This document shows positions 12,263-23,271 of a DNA stretch of 64,000 bases, piece by piece. The DNA comes from an uncultured Chloroflexia bacterium (lineage in GTDB: Bacteria > Chloroflexota > UBA6077 > JACCZL01), in NCBI GenBank assembly GCA_963765765.1, contig CAVXYC010000001.1, forward strand, positions 224,001-288,000, given 5' to 3'. Numbering within the stretch: the first letter of the stretch is position 1; every line of letters begins with the position of its first letter. Under the pieces are notes generated by a model. It was not told where the DNA came from. It did not search any database and saw only the letters and a program-made list of their open reading frames with translations. A program made the translations under genes and the position numbers.

Positions 12263-12293
12263 TAACGTTGTCTTAACGTTCTCAGAATACAAT
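12263..12293 (+). promoter_or_regulatory. TAACGTT direct repeat (11-bp period) followed by a TACAAT -10 box
   Basis: TAACGTT at 12263 and 12274; TACAAT at 12288; AAGGGAG SD before the ATG at 12317. Confidence 0.4.
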
Positions 12294-12316
12294 CGGGCGC
12301 GGGGAAAAAGGGAGAT

Positions 12317-12661
12317 ATGCGGAAGCTCATTCTTGCGGTCACAATGAATGTGATCGCGGCGCTGGCGCCGATGCTGGCACAGGCGAGCCACGACCCATTC
12401 GTGCGTCTTGTTTGCTATGGGCCAGCTCCGGTTCGCGCAGTGGCAACCATCGACATCGATGGGTCGCCGGTCCAAATCAGCTGCAATGAGGGACAACCAG
12501 TCTCCGAAGTAGCCGTGGCGCCTCGCTCACCTTCCTGGGTTCTGCACCTGGAAATGGTCACGCCCCTGGGCATTCGAACCGTTATGCGCCAGGGTACTGA
12601 GTGGCCGCTCAGGTTTTCCACGGAGCTCGACAATCGGGAGTGTCAGCTAGACCTGCACTGA
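12317..12661 (+). CDS. Small secreted hypothetical protein
   Basis: SD plus ATG; signal peptide ending AQA; 114 aa; no recognisable family. Confidence 0.65.
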   Translation: MRKLILAVTMNVIAALAPMLAQASHDPFVRLVCYGPAPVRAVATIDIDGSPVQISCNEGQPVSEVAVAPRSPSWVLHLEMVTPLGIRTVMRQGTEWPLRFSTELDNRECQLDLH

Positions 12662-12718
12662 GACCCTTTCGCAACATCTGGGCGCGTAATCCAGTGTCGG
12701 GTGCGTAATGTAACCCGC

Positions 12719-12800
12719 GTAGCACGGGCCCTTGTGGCCTGTGCCTGGGGACGCCTCTACAGCGAACAGCGATCCTGCCGTTGATTCCTAGGCACAGGCC
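12719..12800. repeat. GTAG-type REP-like hairpin with a partial inverted second arm
   Basis: GTAGCACGGGCC-CTTGT-GGCCTGTGC hairpin; 12736-12751 pairs with 12785-12800 (16 bp with 2 G:T). Confidence 0.55.
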
Positions 12801-12846
12801 TTTAAGCCGTTGGTCGGGGGTTCGAATCCCCTCGGGCGCGCCACCA
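12797..12846 (+). tRNA. 3' half of a tRNA (probably Lys); att-like fragment without a canonical 5' half
   Basis: GGCCTTTAAGCCGT (anticodon-arm-like), TGGTC variable loop, T arm GGGGG-TTCGAAT-CCCCT, CGGGCGC-G-CCA end. No standard D arm directly upstream. Confidence 0.7.
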
Positions 12847-12940
12847 TTTTGAGATTGAAAACACTCCCTCCAAGGTTGTACGGCGGGGCGTTTTCGGGAG
12901 CGTTTTCTCTTTAGTGCCGGAATGACTGCCGGAACTGGCG

Positions 12941-13140
12941 TCAGATGGCGTCCCTAAACGCTTCCTCGATCTTGCTAGCCGCCTCGGCGTCCTGGCTGCG
13001 GACCATTTGGCTGTACGCGGTAAGCGTGATCGCGGGGGTGCTGTGGCCCAGCCGCTCGGACATCACTCGTAAGGGGACACTCATAGCGTGCATCGCGCTC
13101 GCGTTCGCGTGGCGGAGGTCATGCGGGCGGTAGCGTTGTC
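12941..13140 (-). pseudogene. Tyrosine recombinase/integrase C-terminal remnant
   Basis: RPHDLRHANAS...SERLGHSTPAITLTAYSQ contains the H-x-x-R, LGH and catalytic Y motifs. The N-terminal part is missing. It points toward the tRNA fragment; TGCCGGAA direct repeats at 12915 and 12927 resemble arm-type sites. Confidence 0.85.
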
Positions 13141-13394
13141 GGCAACTTTGCGCGCTTGAGTGCCACTTCTTTGCGAGCGGCCCGTCAACCGCAGTGAACT
13201 GACCGTGAAAGTCCAAAATCAGCGACGGTACGTTCTGGGCTGCATAGCTCGCTGATTACCCTGGCAACCGTCTACGATTTACTTAGCCAGGGATACCGAG
13301 CACAAACAAATGGGAACTACCCTGCACGCTTGGCTTCCTTGGGTCGCTTCCCGGCCCCTATTCGTAATGCTGAGGTGCGCGGGATAGTGACAGA

Positions 13395-13414
13395 CGGCAC
13401 TTCTAGAAGTGCCG
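13395..13414. promoter_or_regulatory. Perfect 20-bp palindrome upstream of the response regulator (candidate operator)
   Basis: CGGCACTTCTAGAAGTGCCG is self-complementary and lies ~150 bp upstream of the ATG at 13562. Confidence 0.35.
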
Positions 13415-13561
13415 ATCGTTACCTTGCTCCCAGGGCAGTAGCGCGTTACGCTCGCGTCAAAAAGAGTCGATTCGATCTGAGATCGCCGCGGGAATGGCAT
13501 GGAATACCCGGTGCTCGGTCAGGTTGGCGCGAACCGATGTCGCACTCGCGGAAGCATTCCG

Positions 13562-14230
13562 ATGCCCATTCGTGTCTTGATCGCCGACGACCATGCGTTG
13601 ATGCGAACCGGGCTGCGGGCACTGCTGGAACGGACCCCCGAGATCCGCGTGGTCGCGGAGGCGGCCGACGGGCGCGAGGCGCTGGCGCTCGTCGCCAGGC
13701 ACCGGGCCGGACGTCGTGCTGATGGACGTGACGATGGATGGCCTGAACGGCCTCGACGCTACGGTCCGCGCCGTCCGGGAGCATCGTGACGTGCGGGTCA
13801 TCGTGCTATCCATGCACAAGAGCGAGGAATACGTCGTGCAGGCGTTGCGGGCCGGCGCGTCGGGTTACCTGCTGAAGGACGCCGCGACCTCCGAGCTGGA
13901 GACGGCAATCCGGACCGTTATGCAGCGGCGCAACCCATCTAAGCCCCGAGGCCTCGCGCCGGGTCGCGGAGTACGAGGGGCGAGAGGTGGGAGCTCTCGG
14001 CTCGCGACTAGCGCAGCTCTGAATCCCAGCAACACTTAACCCCCCGCGAGCCGGGAGTGCTACAACTGATCGCGGAAGGGCGCACGATGCAGGAGATCGC
14101 GCGGATCCTGGCGATCAGCTCAAAGACGGTGGAGACGCATCGGTATCGGCTGATGGATCGGCTCAACATCCACCACGTCGCGGGGCTGGTGCGCCACGCC
14201 GTTCACATCGGCCTGGTCCAGCCAGAGTAG
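13562..14230 (+). CDS. NarL/LuxR-family response regulator (frameshifted)
   Basis: [35 protein letters not shown]; C-terminal [22 protein letters not shown]. Confidence 0.88.
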
Positions 14231-14419
14231 CAGTCGTGGAGGCATTGGCACGGAAACCCGCTTCTCCGGTTTCTCAAGGCAGGCACCGAATGTTGTCGCA
14301 ACTCTGGGCATGCCCTTCCCGGGGGATCATCGGGAAACTTGCTGGAATACCGACAGGGTGCTCCGTAGACCATGCACTGGAGACATCACAATGGGTGACG
14401 GCTGTGAGCAGGCTGCCCG

Positions 14420-16399
14420 GTGGCCTCCGCAGCCAGCCAGGCCGGTGCGGGGATGCCGACGCGGTTGTGGGCCAGTGTGCTACTGCTGACAGCCCTGCTC
14501 ATCACCCTGGCGGCCTCGGGCGTCGATCGTGGACCAACGCCCGTGTTCGCCCAGGGCGCAGCCGATCCTTCGCTACCGCGGCGCGTGCTGGTGCTCTTCC
14601 CGGGCCACAACCTCGATCCGATCGCGGCGCTCCTCGAGCGGGGCCTGCGGGACGCGCTGCGGGCGGACGGCGCGGAGGCAGAGCCGCTGGCGGTGTACAC
14701 CGAGTTCCTGGACACCGGGCGCATGTCCGATGCCGCGATGCAGCAAGCGCAACTGGAGTGGCTGCATCGGGAAGTACGCGGACCGGCCGCCGGACGCGGT
14801 CGTCGCCTTCGGCACGTCGACCGCCCGGAGGCTGGGCATGTTCTCGCAGAGCCGCTCTTCCCGGACGCCGTGGCCGTCTTCGCGGCACTTGACCCGCTCG
14901 TGTTCCCCGACCTGGCTCTGCCCCCGGACGCTGACGCGCTGTGGGTGCGGTACAACATCGGCGAGACGCTGGGCCTCGCCCTCAACTTGCAGCCGAACGG
15001 TACGGCGGGTGCTGCTGGTCGCCAGCACCGGACGGACTTCAACCAGGCGATGCTGACGCTGGCTCGGCGGCAGGTCGCCCCGTACGCCGCACGGGTCGCC
15101 ATCGAGGAGGTGGCGGACCTCTCGATGGACGCGCTGGTGCAACGGCTATCGGCGCTACCACCGGAGTACGGCGGTGGTCTTCCTCGCGATGAACCGCGAT
15201 GGGGCCGGGACGCCATTGCCGGTGGGCGAGGGGCTGCGACGGGTGGTCGCCGCCGCGGCCGTGCCGGTGTATACCAACACCGAAACGAGCGTGGGAGGTG
15301 GGGTGGTCGGCGGCGCGGTCACGAATGCTACGCGACCCTCGGGGACGCGGCGGCGCAGCTTGTACTGCGCCGGTTAAGGGACTGGGACACAAATCCCGAC
15401 TCGCGTATGTCGGTGACGCCGATGTTTGTGATCGACTGGCGGCAGCTGCAGCGATGGGGGCTTCGGGAAGACCGTCTGCCGCCGAAGAGCCAGGTGCGAT
15501 ATAAGGAGCCGTCCATCTGGGAGCAGTACCGCTGGCACATGGTTAGCGCGCTGCTGCTCATCCTCGCCCAGAGCCTGCTCGTGACCGGCCTCCTGGTGGA
15601 GCACCGGCACCGGATGCGCACGCAGACAACGCTCGCTGAGCGCCAGGAAGAGCTGATCACGGTCAACACGACCTTGAGCGGGCGCACCGATGAGGTCAAG
15701 ACGCGCAACGCCCAGGTCCGGACACTGGGCCGGCAAGCTCATCACGGCCCAGGAGCATGAGCGCGCCCATATCGCGCGTGAACTGCACGACGAGATCGGC
15801 CAGGCTCTCACCATCGTCAAGATCAATCTCGACACCGTTCCGGATCGGCGTCAGACACAGTCTCGATCAGATCGATGCTCGATGAAGGCTCGACGTCGGT
15901 CGATCAGGCGCTCGAGCAGGTGCGTGACCTGTCGCTGCTGTTGCGCCCGTCGTTGCTCGATCATCTGGGCCTGGAGGGCGGCGCTGCGCTGGCTGGTGGG
16001 CAGCCAGGCGCAGCGTGTCGGCTACCGTGCGAACCTCTCGGTCGAAAAGCTGCAGCCGCCTCCATCGGATGACGTCGCGCTTATCTGCTATCGCGTCGCG
16101 CAGGAGGCGGCTGACGAACGTCGCTCGCCACGCGTCGGCCAGTAATGTGTGGGTTGATCTTCGGGTCATCGCCGGGAATCTCCGTCTGACGATTGGCGAC
16201 GATGGCGACGGGTTCGAAGTGGCCTCCATGCAGCAGCGTGCGCGCGAAGGTGGAAGCGCGGGATTGCTCGACCTCGAGGAGCGAGCTAACCTGGGCCATG
16301 GTGATCTCACCATCGCATCGGAGCCCGGGCACGGCACGACGTCTCACGCTCACCGTTCCGTACGCGGGTGCGGCATCAGCAGGTGGGGATGACACCTAG
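14420..16399 (+). CDS. HisKA_3 sensor histidine kinase with an extracellular ABC-SBP-like sensor domain (multiple frameshifts)
   Basis: N-terminal TM; YTEFLD..R, DWRQLQRWGL..RLP...YKEPSIWEQYRW; second TM; QEHERAHIARELHDEIGQALT; TNVARHA, DDGDGF, G-box PGHGT. Confidence 0.85.
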
Positions 16400-16468
16400 A
16401 CCGAAGCCCGCTAGAGCATTGGTCCAGAACTCAGAAGAGCCATAAAGAAGAGGGGCGTCAGTCACTCC

Positions 16469-16549
16469 GTAGGGGCGTGGTTTCTCGCGCCCGAACGGTA
16501 CGCTCAGGTCGTGGCGAGTTCGGATCGGGCTGGATTCCCCCGCCCCTAC
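16469..16549. repeat. GTAG-type REP doublet (REPIN-like)
   Basis: GTAGGGGCGTGGTTTCTCGCGCCC (16469-16492) and the inverted GGGCTGGATTCCCCCGCCCCTAC (16527-16549). Confidence 0.65.
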
Positions 16550-16771
16550 CGTAAGTGCGAGGCATCTACCCGCGTCTCGCGAAGGTCTGCACTGGCGCTC
16601 CTTACACCCTTGACCGCGGTAGATCTGTCCTGCACCCGGACCGATGCTCTACTGTCAGGCTTTTTCCCGATGGCGCGTCTCGCGCCGATACGTAGACTGG
16701 TCAGTAGGTGCTGGCTCAATGGACAGCGTGCTCACTGGTCGCGGATTGCAGGCTCACCTACGACACCTTCG

Positions 16772-17218
16772 ATGGCTCACCGACCGGCTGCGGCTCCAGA
16801 TTCCGGGAACATCTGGACCCTGTTGGCGGATGATAGCCCACGATTCCTGGAGCCGCTCCGACGGTTCCTGCGGACACAACCGGTCGACATCGTTGGAGAG
16901 GCTCATACGGGTCCGGCGACGCCTGCGCCTCCTCGAAGTACTCTTGGTGCCCGATCTCCTCCTGTTGGACCTGGAGATGCCTGAACTCGATGGACTGACA
17001 GTGCTTCGAATCACGAAGATGCGGCCTGGGCGGGGCTCGCGTCATCGTCGTATACCATGCACGATCAGGAAGAGTATCGTGTCGCAGCCGTCGAGGCGGG
17101 CGCAGACGGATTCGTCGCCAAGCGCGAGCTGACCACGGCTTTGGCGCCGATGATACGTCAGTTGTTCGCCGATACCCGGGAACGTGAGATACTCATGGAT
17201 GGCAGTGTTCTCCGATGA
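16772..17218 (+). CDS. Stand-alone response regulator receiver protein (frameshifted)
   Basis: LLADDSPRFL, PDLLLLDLEMPELDGL, AGADGFVAK; its stop overlaps the next ATG. Confidence 0.75.
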
Positions 17219-19047
17219 GTGACATCACCCTGACGTTCGCCATCCTGGTGGCGGTCGTTGCGCTCTTTATCTGGAACCGGATCCCGGTAGCCCTCGTGGC
17301 CGTTGGCGCCGCGCTGGCGCTGTTCGCCACGGGGATCCTCAGCATCAACGAGGCGCTCGCCGGCTTCGGCGACCCGACGGTGATCTTCATCGCAGCGCTG
17401 TTCATCGTCAGCGAGGGGCTCGATGCATCGGGCTCTGACCGCGCGGGCTGGACAGGAGCTCGGCACTCGGGCCGGACGGAGTAGGCCGCTATTCGCCGTT
17501 GCTACTTCACCATGCTGCTGGTCGCGCCGCTCACCGCGCTGATCAATCCCGAACGGTTCAGTGGCCGCCCTGCCCCCGGTCGTTGCCCTCACCGCGATGC
17601 GGGTCGGCCTGATCTCCATCACAGGTGCTGATGCCACTCGCGTTCGCCGCTCACGCCGGCTCGATGCTCGGCGTTGACCGGGACGGCGATCAACGTGCTT
17701 GTCTCCGACGCGGCCGAGGAGGCCGGCGGTGGGGACGCTTTGGGTACTTCGAATTCGCGCTTAACGGCATCCCCCTCCTGCATTGGCACAATCGCTCATC
17801 GTGCTCCTGTTCGGCGAGCGACTCCTACCTGATCGGAATGCCTCGCCAGATCCCGCCCCACTTCAGCACACACTTCCGGACGCTCAGCACGTCAGTACGG
17901 GCTCGATGCCCGGATGCACCGACTACTCAATTAGATCTGGCTCGCCGTACGTCGGACGCTCGCAGACTCGCCCTTGATCTGCGACACGTATCCGGACCCT
18001 GGACCTGGTTGGCGTCCAGGTCCAGGGTGAGGGCGGCCTGGTCAACGACGCCGTGCTCGCCCGCCGATGACGTCCTCATCGTTCGTGGGTGACTCGGACT
18101 CGGTTCAACACCTGGCCGGTCGACGGAGGGCTCGTCGCCAGCTCTGGCCCCCCGGTCAACGGCACGGACGCACTCGTCACGAGCCAGTACGGCGTGGCCG
18201 AAGTCGTGATCCGCCCGCGGTCCGGCCTGGTCGGGGAGACCGTGTTCCCCGGGATGGTGACGGACAGCGGGGATCTCGTGATCGTGGCCATTCAACGGCG
18301 CGGCGAGGACATGGGGCCCATGAGACCGTCCTGGCCGGCGGGCGAACGCTGCTGCTCGAAGGGACCTGGGGCGCCCTTGAGGCGAACCTCGATGACCCTG
18401 ACGTGCTCATCGTCGACTCACCGGAGGCGGTCCGCCGCCAGGCCGCACCGCTGGGGACGCGGCGAAGAAGATGCTCGTCATCCTCGCCGGCGATGGTCGT
18501 CCTCCTGGTCACCGGCGTTCGTGCCGGCCGTCGTCGCGGGTCTGCTGGCGGCAGGCGCCTTGATCCTGACGCGCGTGATCACGCTGGAGCAGGCCTATCG
18601 CGGCATCTCCTTGACCACCGTCATCCTCGTCGCTGGCATGGTGCCCGGTCTCGACGGCGATGCAGAAGACCGGCGCGGCGACGTTGCTCGCCGACACACT
18701 CGTCCAGGGTCGTCGGCGATGCGGGGCCTCACGCCCTGCTGATCGGGCTCTTCCTGCTTACGGCGACCCTCGGCCAGTTGATCAGCAACACGGCGACTGC
18801 GCTGATCGTGATCCCGATCGCCCTCTCGGCGTCGGCCGACATGGGTGTGTCGGTGCGGCCGGTACTGATGGCGGTCACCGTGGCGGCGGCGGCGTCGTTC
18901 CTGACGCCGGTCGCCACTCCAGCCAACCTGATGGTGATGGGACCCGGCGGGTATCGCTTCGGGGACTACGCGAAGCTCGGGTTGCCGCTGCTGTTTCTGT
19001 ACTTCCTGGTGGCAACGCTGCTCGTGCCGATCTTCTGGCCATTTTGA
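17215..19047 (+). CDS. SLC13/CitMHS-family permease with TrkA-C domain (heavily frameshifted)
   Basis: EALAGFGDPTVIFIAALFIVSEGLDA, EVVIRPRSGLVG, ISNTATALIVIPIA, SFLTPVATPANLMVMGPGGYRFGDY. Confidence 0.88.
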
Positions 19048-19214
19048 CTGGACGATGGTGAGCACGGATCGATCCCTCGACCAGATATGAGATGACCGCG
19101 TTGAACGGAGGGTCAAGGCGCTGAACGAATACAGAGCTTGATTTCTGGGGCGACCGGTTGTACGGCCAGCGCTGTCGTGCGAGGCGCTCGATTCCGATAG
19201 GAGGAGCTTTCGAC

Positions 19215-20734
19215 ATGGCAACAAAGATGCGTACCGCTGAGGTCGATTTGACACCCTCACTCAAACAGTCCGCGTCCGGTGATCGTGGACGTCGCCGCTT
19301 CGGTGCCGGCGAGCGCGACCGCCGTCAGCGAGCCGGTGCGGTCCTCAGGAGACGTACCGGCGCCGGTCGGCCTCGACCGAGCCACGCTCAACGCCGCCGG
19401 CTTCACTGGTGCGCCCGGCGAGACGCTGATCATCCCCAGGTCCGATGGGCCAACCCTCGTACTCGTCGGCGTCGGCGACCCGCCCGGGATCGACGCTGCC
19501 AGGCTGCGCGACGCGGCAGCGTCGTTTGCAAGAGGCGCCCGCAATCATGCTCGCCTCGCCATCGACCTGGATGTCCTCGTCGGCGTGCCGTTCGACGTCG
19601 CGGCGCAGGCGATCGTCGAGGGCGTGCTGCTTGCCCGCTACCGCTACGAAACGTTCCGACAGAAGCCATCCGGGACACCGCTCGAGGCGCTGACGCTCGT
19701 CGCGCGGCCTGATCGCCACGACGACCTCGCCAGGGGTGTCAAGCGTGGCAAGATCACCGCCGCTGCCGCCCAGCTTGCTCGCGACCTCGCGAACGCGCCC
19801 GCCACCCACCTGACGGCCACCAGAATGGGCGAGATGGCCGAGGAGCTCGCGGCCGAGCGCGGGATCCAGGTCGAGGTGTACGGCAAGGACGCGCTCGTCG
19901 AGATGGGCTGCGGCGGCCTGCTGGGTGTCAATGCCGGCAGCGCGGAGCCGCCTCGTCTGATCAAGATGAGCTATCGGCCGAAGAGCGGCCAGGCGACTGG
20001 CCACCTGGCGATGGTCGGCAAAGGGATCATGTACGACTCGGGCGGGCTCAGCCTGAAGCCGAGTGATGCCTCGCACCAGGCGATGAAGATGGACATGTCC
20101 GGCGCCGCCGCGATCTTCGGCGCGATCTCGGCGCTAGCCGCCCTGGACTGCCAGTCGGCGGTCACCGGCTACCTGATGTGCACGGACAACATGCCGTCGG
20201 GCACGGCGACGAGGCTCGGCGACGTGCTGACGATCCGCGGCTGGAAGACCGTCGAGGTGCACCAACGCCGACGCCGAGGGCCGGCTGGTGATGGCCGACG
20301 GCCTGGTGCTGGCGACCGAGGATAAGGCCGATGCGATCGTCGACATCGCCACGCTCACCGGGGCGATGATGCGGGCGCTGGGCGAGGGCATGGCGGGCGT
20401 CATGGGCAACAACCAGGCGTTCGTCAATCAGGTGATGGCTGCGGCCAACACGACCGACGAGCAACTCTGGCAGTTTCCGCTGAACCGGCGCTACCGCCCT
20501 TTGCTCGATTCCCCGATTGCGGACATGCGGAACATCGGCGGCGAGAACGCCGGCCAGATCGTCGCCGGCCTGTTCCTGGTGGAGTTCGTCGGCTCGACGC
20601 CCTGGGCGCACATCGACATCGCCGGCACGATGCAGGCGACCGCCGACGATTCCTGGCGGTCACGGGGCGCGATCGGATTTGGGACTCGCCTCCTGATCGA
20701 CCTCGCGCTGGACTTCAAACCGGTGACCTCCTGA
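19215..20734 (+). CDS. pepA: Leucyl aminopeptidase (M17), frameshifted
   Basis: AGGAGGAG SD; ARDLANAP, VGKGIMYDSGGLSLKP, MKMDMSGAAA, (N)ADAEGRLVMADG, DIATLTGA, WAHIDIAG. Confidence 0.9.
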
Positions 20735-20792
20735 CGGGAGCGCATCGCTGTGTCCACACCGCCAGGCCGCTGACGAGAAAGGATCGATCTCC

Positions 20793-22391
20793 ATGAGCCA
20801 GCCGAGCGAAGTCCTCGTCCCACAGCCCGAAATGTCCGGCGATGACGTCGAGCATCATGAGATCTTCGAGCCGAAGGGCTTCATGGAGAAGATGCTGGAC
20901 GGCATCGAGAAGGTCGGCAACATGGTGCCACACCCGGTCGTGATCTTCTTGATCCTGTGCGGCATCGTCATCGTCCTCTCCCATGTGCTCTACCTGCTGG
21001 GGACGAGCGTCATCGTCGAGGTGATCGATCCTGAGACAGATGTCCTGAAGCAGGAGACGACGGCCGTCAAGAGCCTGCTGACGGCCGAAGGGCTCCGCTT
21101 CATCTACACGTCCCGATCACCAACTTCCTCAACTTCAACGCGATTGGCATCATCCTGGTCGCAATGGTCGGGGTCGGCGTCGCCGACGAGGCCGGCATGA
21201 TCGCAGCGCTGATCAGGAAGGTCGTTGCGGTGTCCCCCGGCTGGGCGCTTGCCTACATCCTGGCGGGACTGGGGATTCTGTCGAGCATCGCGTCCGACGC
21301 TGGCTACGTGGTCCTGATCCCGCTTGGCGCCATCGCCTATCTCGCGTCAGGTCGGCATCCGATCGCCGGCCTGACGTTGACGTTCGCGGCGGTCGCCGCC
21401 GCGTTCGGCGTGAACTTCATCATAGCGCCGCTGGACGGGGTACTGACCGAGATCACCAACGATGCGATCCACCTGTCAGACCCGTCGATCACCCTCAACG
21501 TGACCGCGAACCTCTACTTCTCGCTCGCGTCGTCGGTGCTGCTCATGGTGTTGATCGCCGTGATGAGCAAGTGGTTCATGGAGCCTCGGCTCACCCCGTA
21601 TGAAGGCGAGGCGTTGGCTCGAGGAAGCCGACGAAGAGGCGGTGGCCCTCGAAGGGAAGGGACTGCGGTGGGCGCTCTACGCGTTTCTCGGCTTTCTCGC
21701 CGTCTTGTTGTTGCTGACGCTGCCCGCCGGGGCTCCCCTGCGTGATCCCGCGACCGGGTCGCTCGGCGGCATGTCTCCGTTCATGAACAGCATCATCATC
21801 ACGGTCATGTTGTTGTTCCTGGCAACGGGAGCCGCCTTCGGCGCCGCCACCGGCAAGTACAAGGATATCGGCGACGTCATTCGGGCAATCGAGAAGACAT
21901 TCGCCGGCCTGGGCGGCCTGGTCTTCCTCTTCCTGGTCATCGCGCAGTTCATCGCCTACTTCAACTACACGAACATGGCGACCATTGCGGCGGTGAACAT
22001 GGCCGACGCGCTGGAAACCGTCAACGTCGGTGCGATCCCGTTGCTCCTGGGGTTTGTGGTGGTCATCGCCATCATCGACATCATCCTCGGCGGGGCAATC
22101 CCGAAGTGGGCGATCTTTGCTCCGATCTTCGTACCGCTGTTCATGCGCCTCGGCATTCCGCCAGAGGCCGTGCTGGCGGCGTATCGGGTCGGGGATTCGC
22201 CGCTCAACGCAATCACGCCACTCATGGCGTACTTCGCGCTGATCCTCACGTACGTCCAGCGCTACGACAAGCACGCAGGCGTCGGCACGATGGTCGCGAT
22301 GATGATCCCGTACACCGTGGTGATCCTGACGGTCTGGACCGTGTTCCTGGTGGTCTGGGTCGCATTGGGCATCCCGTTCGGGCCGAAGTAG
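20793..22391 (+). CDS. AbgT-family transporter (frameshifted)
   Basis: LDGIEKVGNMVPHPVVIF, GVGVADEAG, SSIASDAGYVVLIPLG, GRHPIAG, AYRVGDSPLNAITPLMAYF. Confidence 0.9.
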
Positions 22392-22520
22392 GGGCAGCGC
22401 GCGCCTGTTGTCCATCCAGAGGAACGCCGCGTGGAATGGGCGTCGGGGTGCTCGTGCGGCTGGCGCCCGCGATAAGTTTGCGCCCGAAGTCGGCCTTCAC
22501 CGGCGGAAGGGAGATGAACG

Positions 22521-23186
22521 ATGGCAGATGCTGCACTGTCGGCGCTGCACCGAGTCGCACCCTGGCGACAGGCGGTCGGCTGGAAGATCGTGCTCGCCGA
22601 AGGCGCAGTGGCGCTCGCCATCGGGGTGATCATCCTGCTCCAACCCGACGCCGCCCGCGCGACATTCCGGCAGATCCTCGGGGTTGCCTTGCTCCTGTCG
22701 AGCGGCCTCGGAGCCGGCGCGGCGTTCCTGGCCTTCTACTCGGTCGGCGTCAGGATGCAGGAACACCGATTCCGACTCTTCGGCGGCGGAATCGGGATGA
22801 CCGTGGGTCTGCTGGTGATCCTCGAGCCGTTCTCGGCGTCGGTCGGCGGCGAGGCCGGTCGGAGCCTGCTGGCGGTGGGACTGCTGGTGTACGGCCTGTT
22901 CGAGCTGGCTGCGGGGATCGCAGGCTTCGGGTCTCGGGGCTCCGGGCCGGGGCCCTGGCTGAACGGTGCACTGTTACGCCAGTTTCGGGCTGCTCGGCCT
23001 CGTCAACATCTGGATGGAGGTCGTGACCGTCGATCTCTACGCTGTGCTGGCCCTGTTCGTGGGACTGCTGCTGATCGGATACGCCCTGGTGCTGCGACAC
23101 GCCAGGCGTGGGCCAATCACGAAGCCCAGGACCGCCGCGTGAGCCGCGAGGTTGCTCTCCGCCGACAGCCGCTAAACATCCGTTGA
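22521..23186 (+). CDS. HdeD/DUF308-like membrane protein (3' part frameshifted)
   Basis: PWRQAVGWKIVLAEGAVALAIG..LLQPD; several TM helices. Confidence 0.55.
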   Translation: MADAALSALHRVAPWRQAVGWKIVLAEGAVALAIGVIILLQPDAARATFRQILGVALLLSSGLGAGAAFLAFYSVGVRMQEHRFRLFGGGIGMTVGLLVILEPFSASVGGEAGRSLLAVGLLVYGLFELAAGIAGFGSRGSGPGPWLNGALLRQFRAARPRQHLDGGRDRRSLRCAGPVRGTAADRIRPGAATRQAWANHEAQDRRVSREVALRRQPLNIR

Positions 23187-23271
23187 CGCGCCCACAGACC
23201 AGCGCCGAGGTCGCTGATGGATCCGCTAACCCCTGGCACTCGGGCCGCCGGCCGAGACGACACGAGGGTAG

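Noticed and set aside
12680-12846. tmRNA, tRNA-Sec or a canonical intact tRNA
   Set aside because: No G3:U70 pair or tag ORF, no UCA anticodon, and no standard D arm at the proper distance from the T arm.
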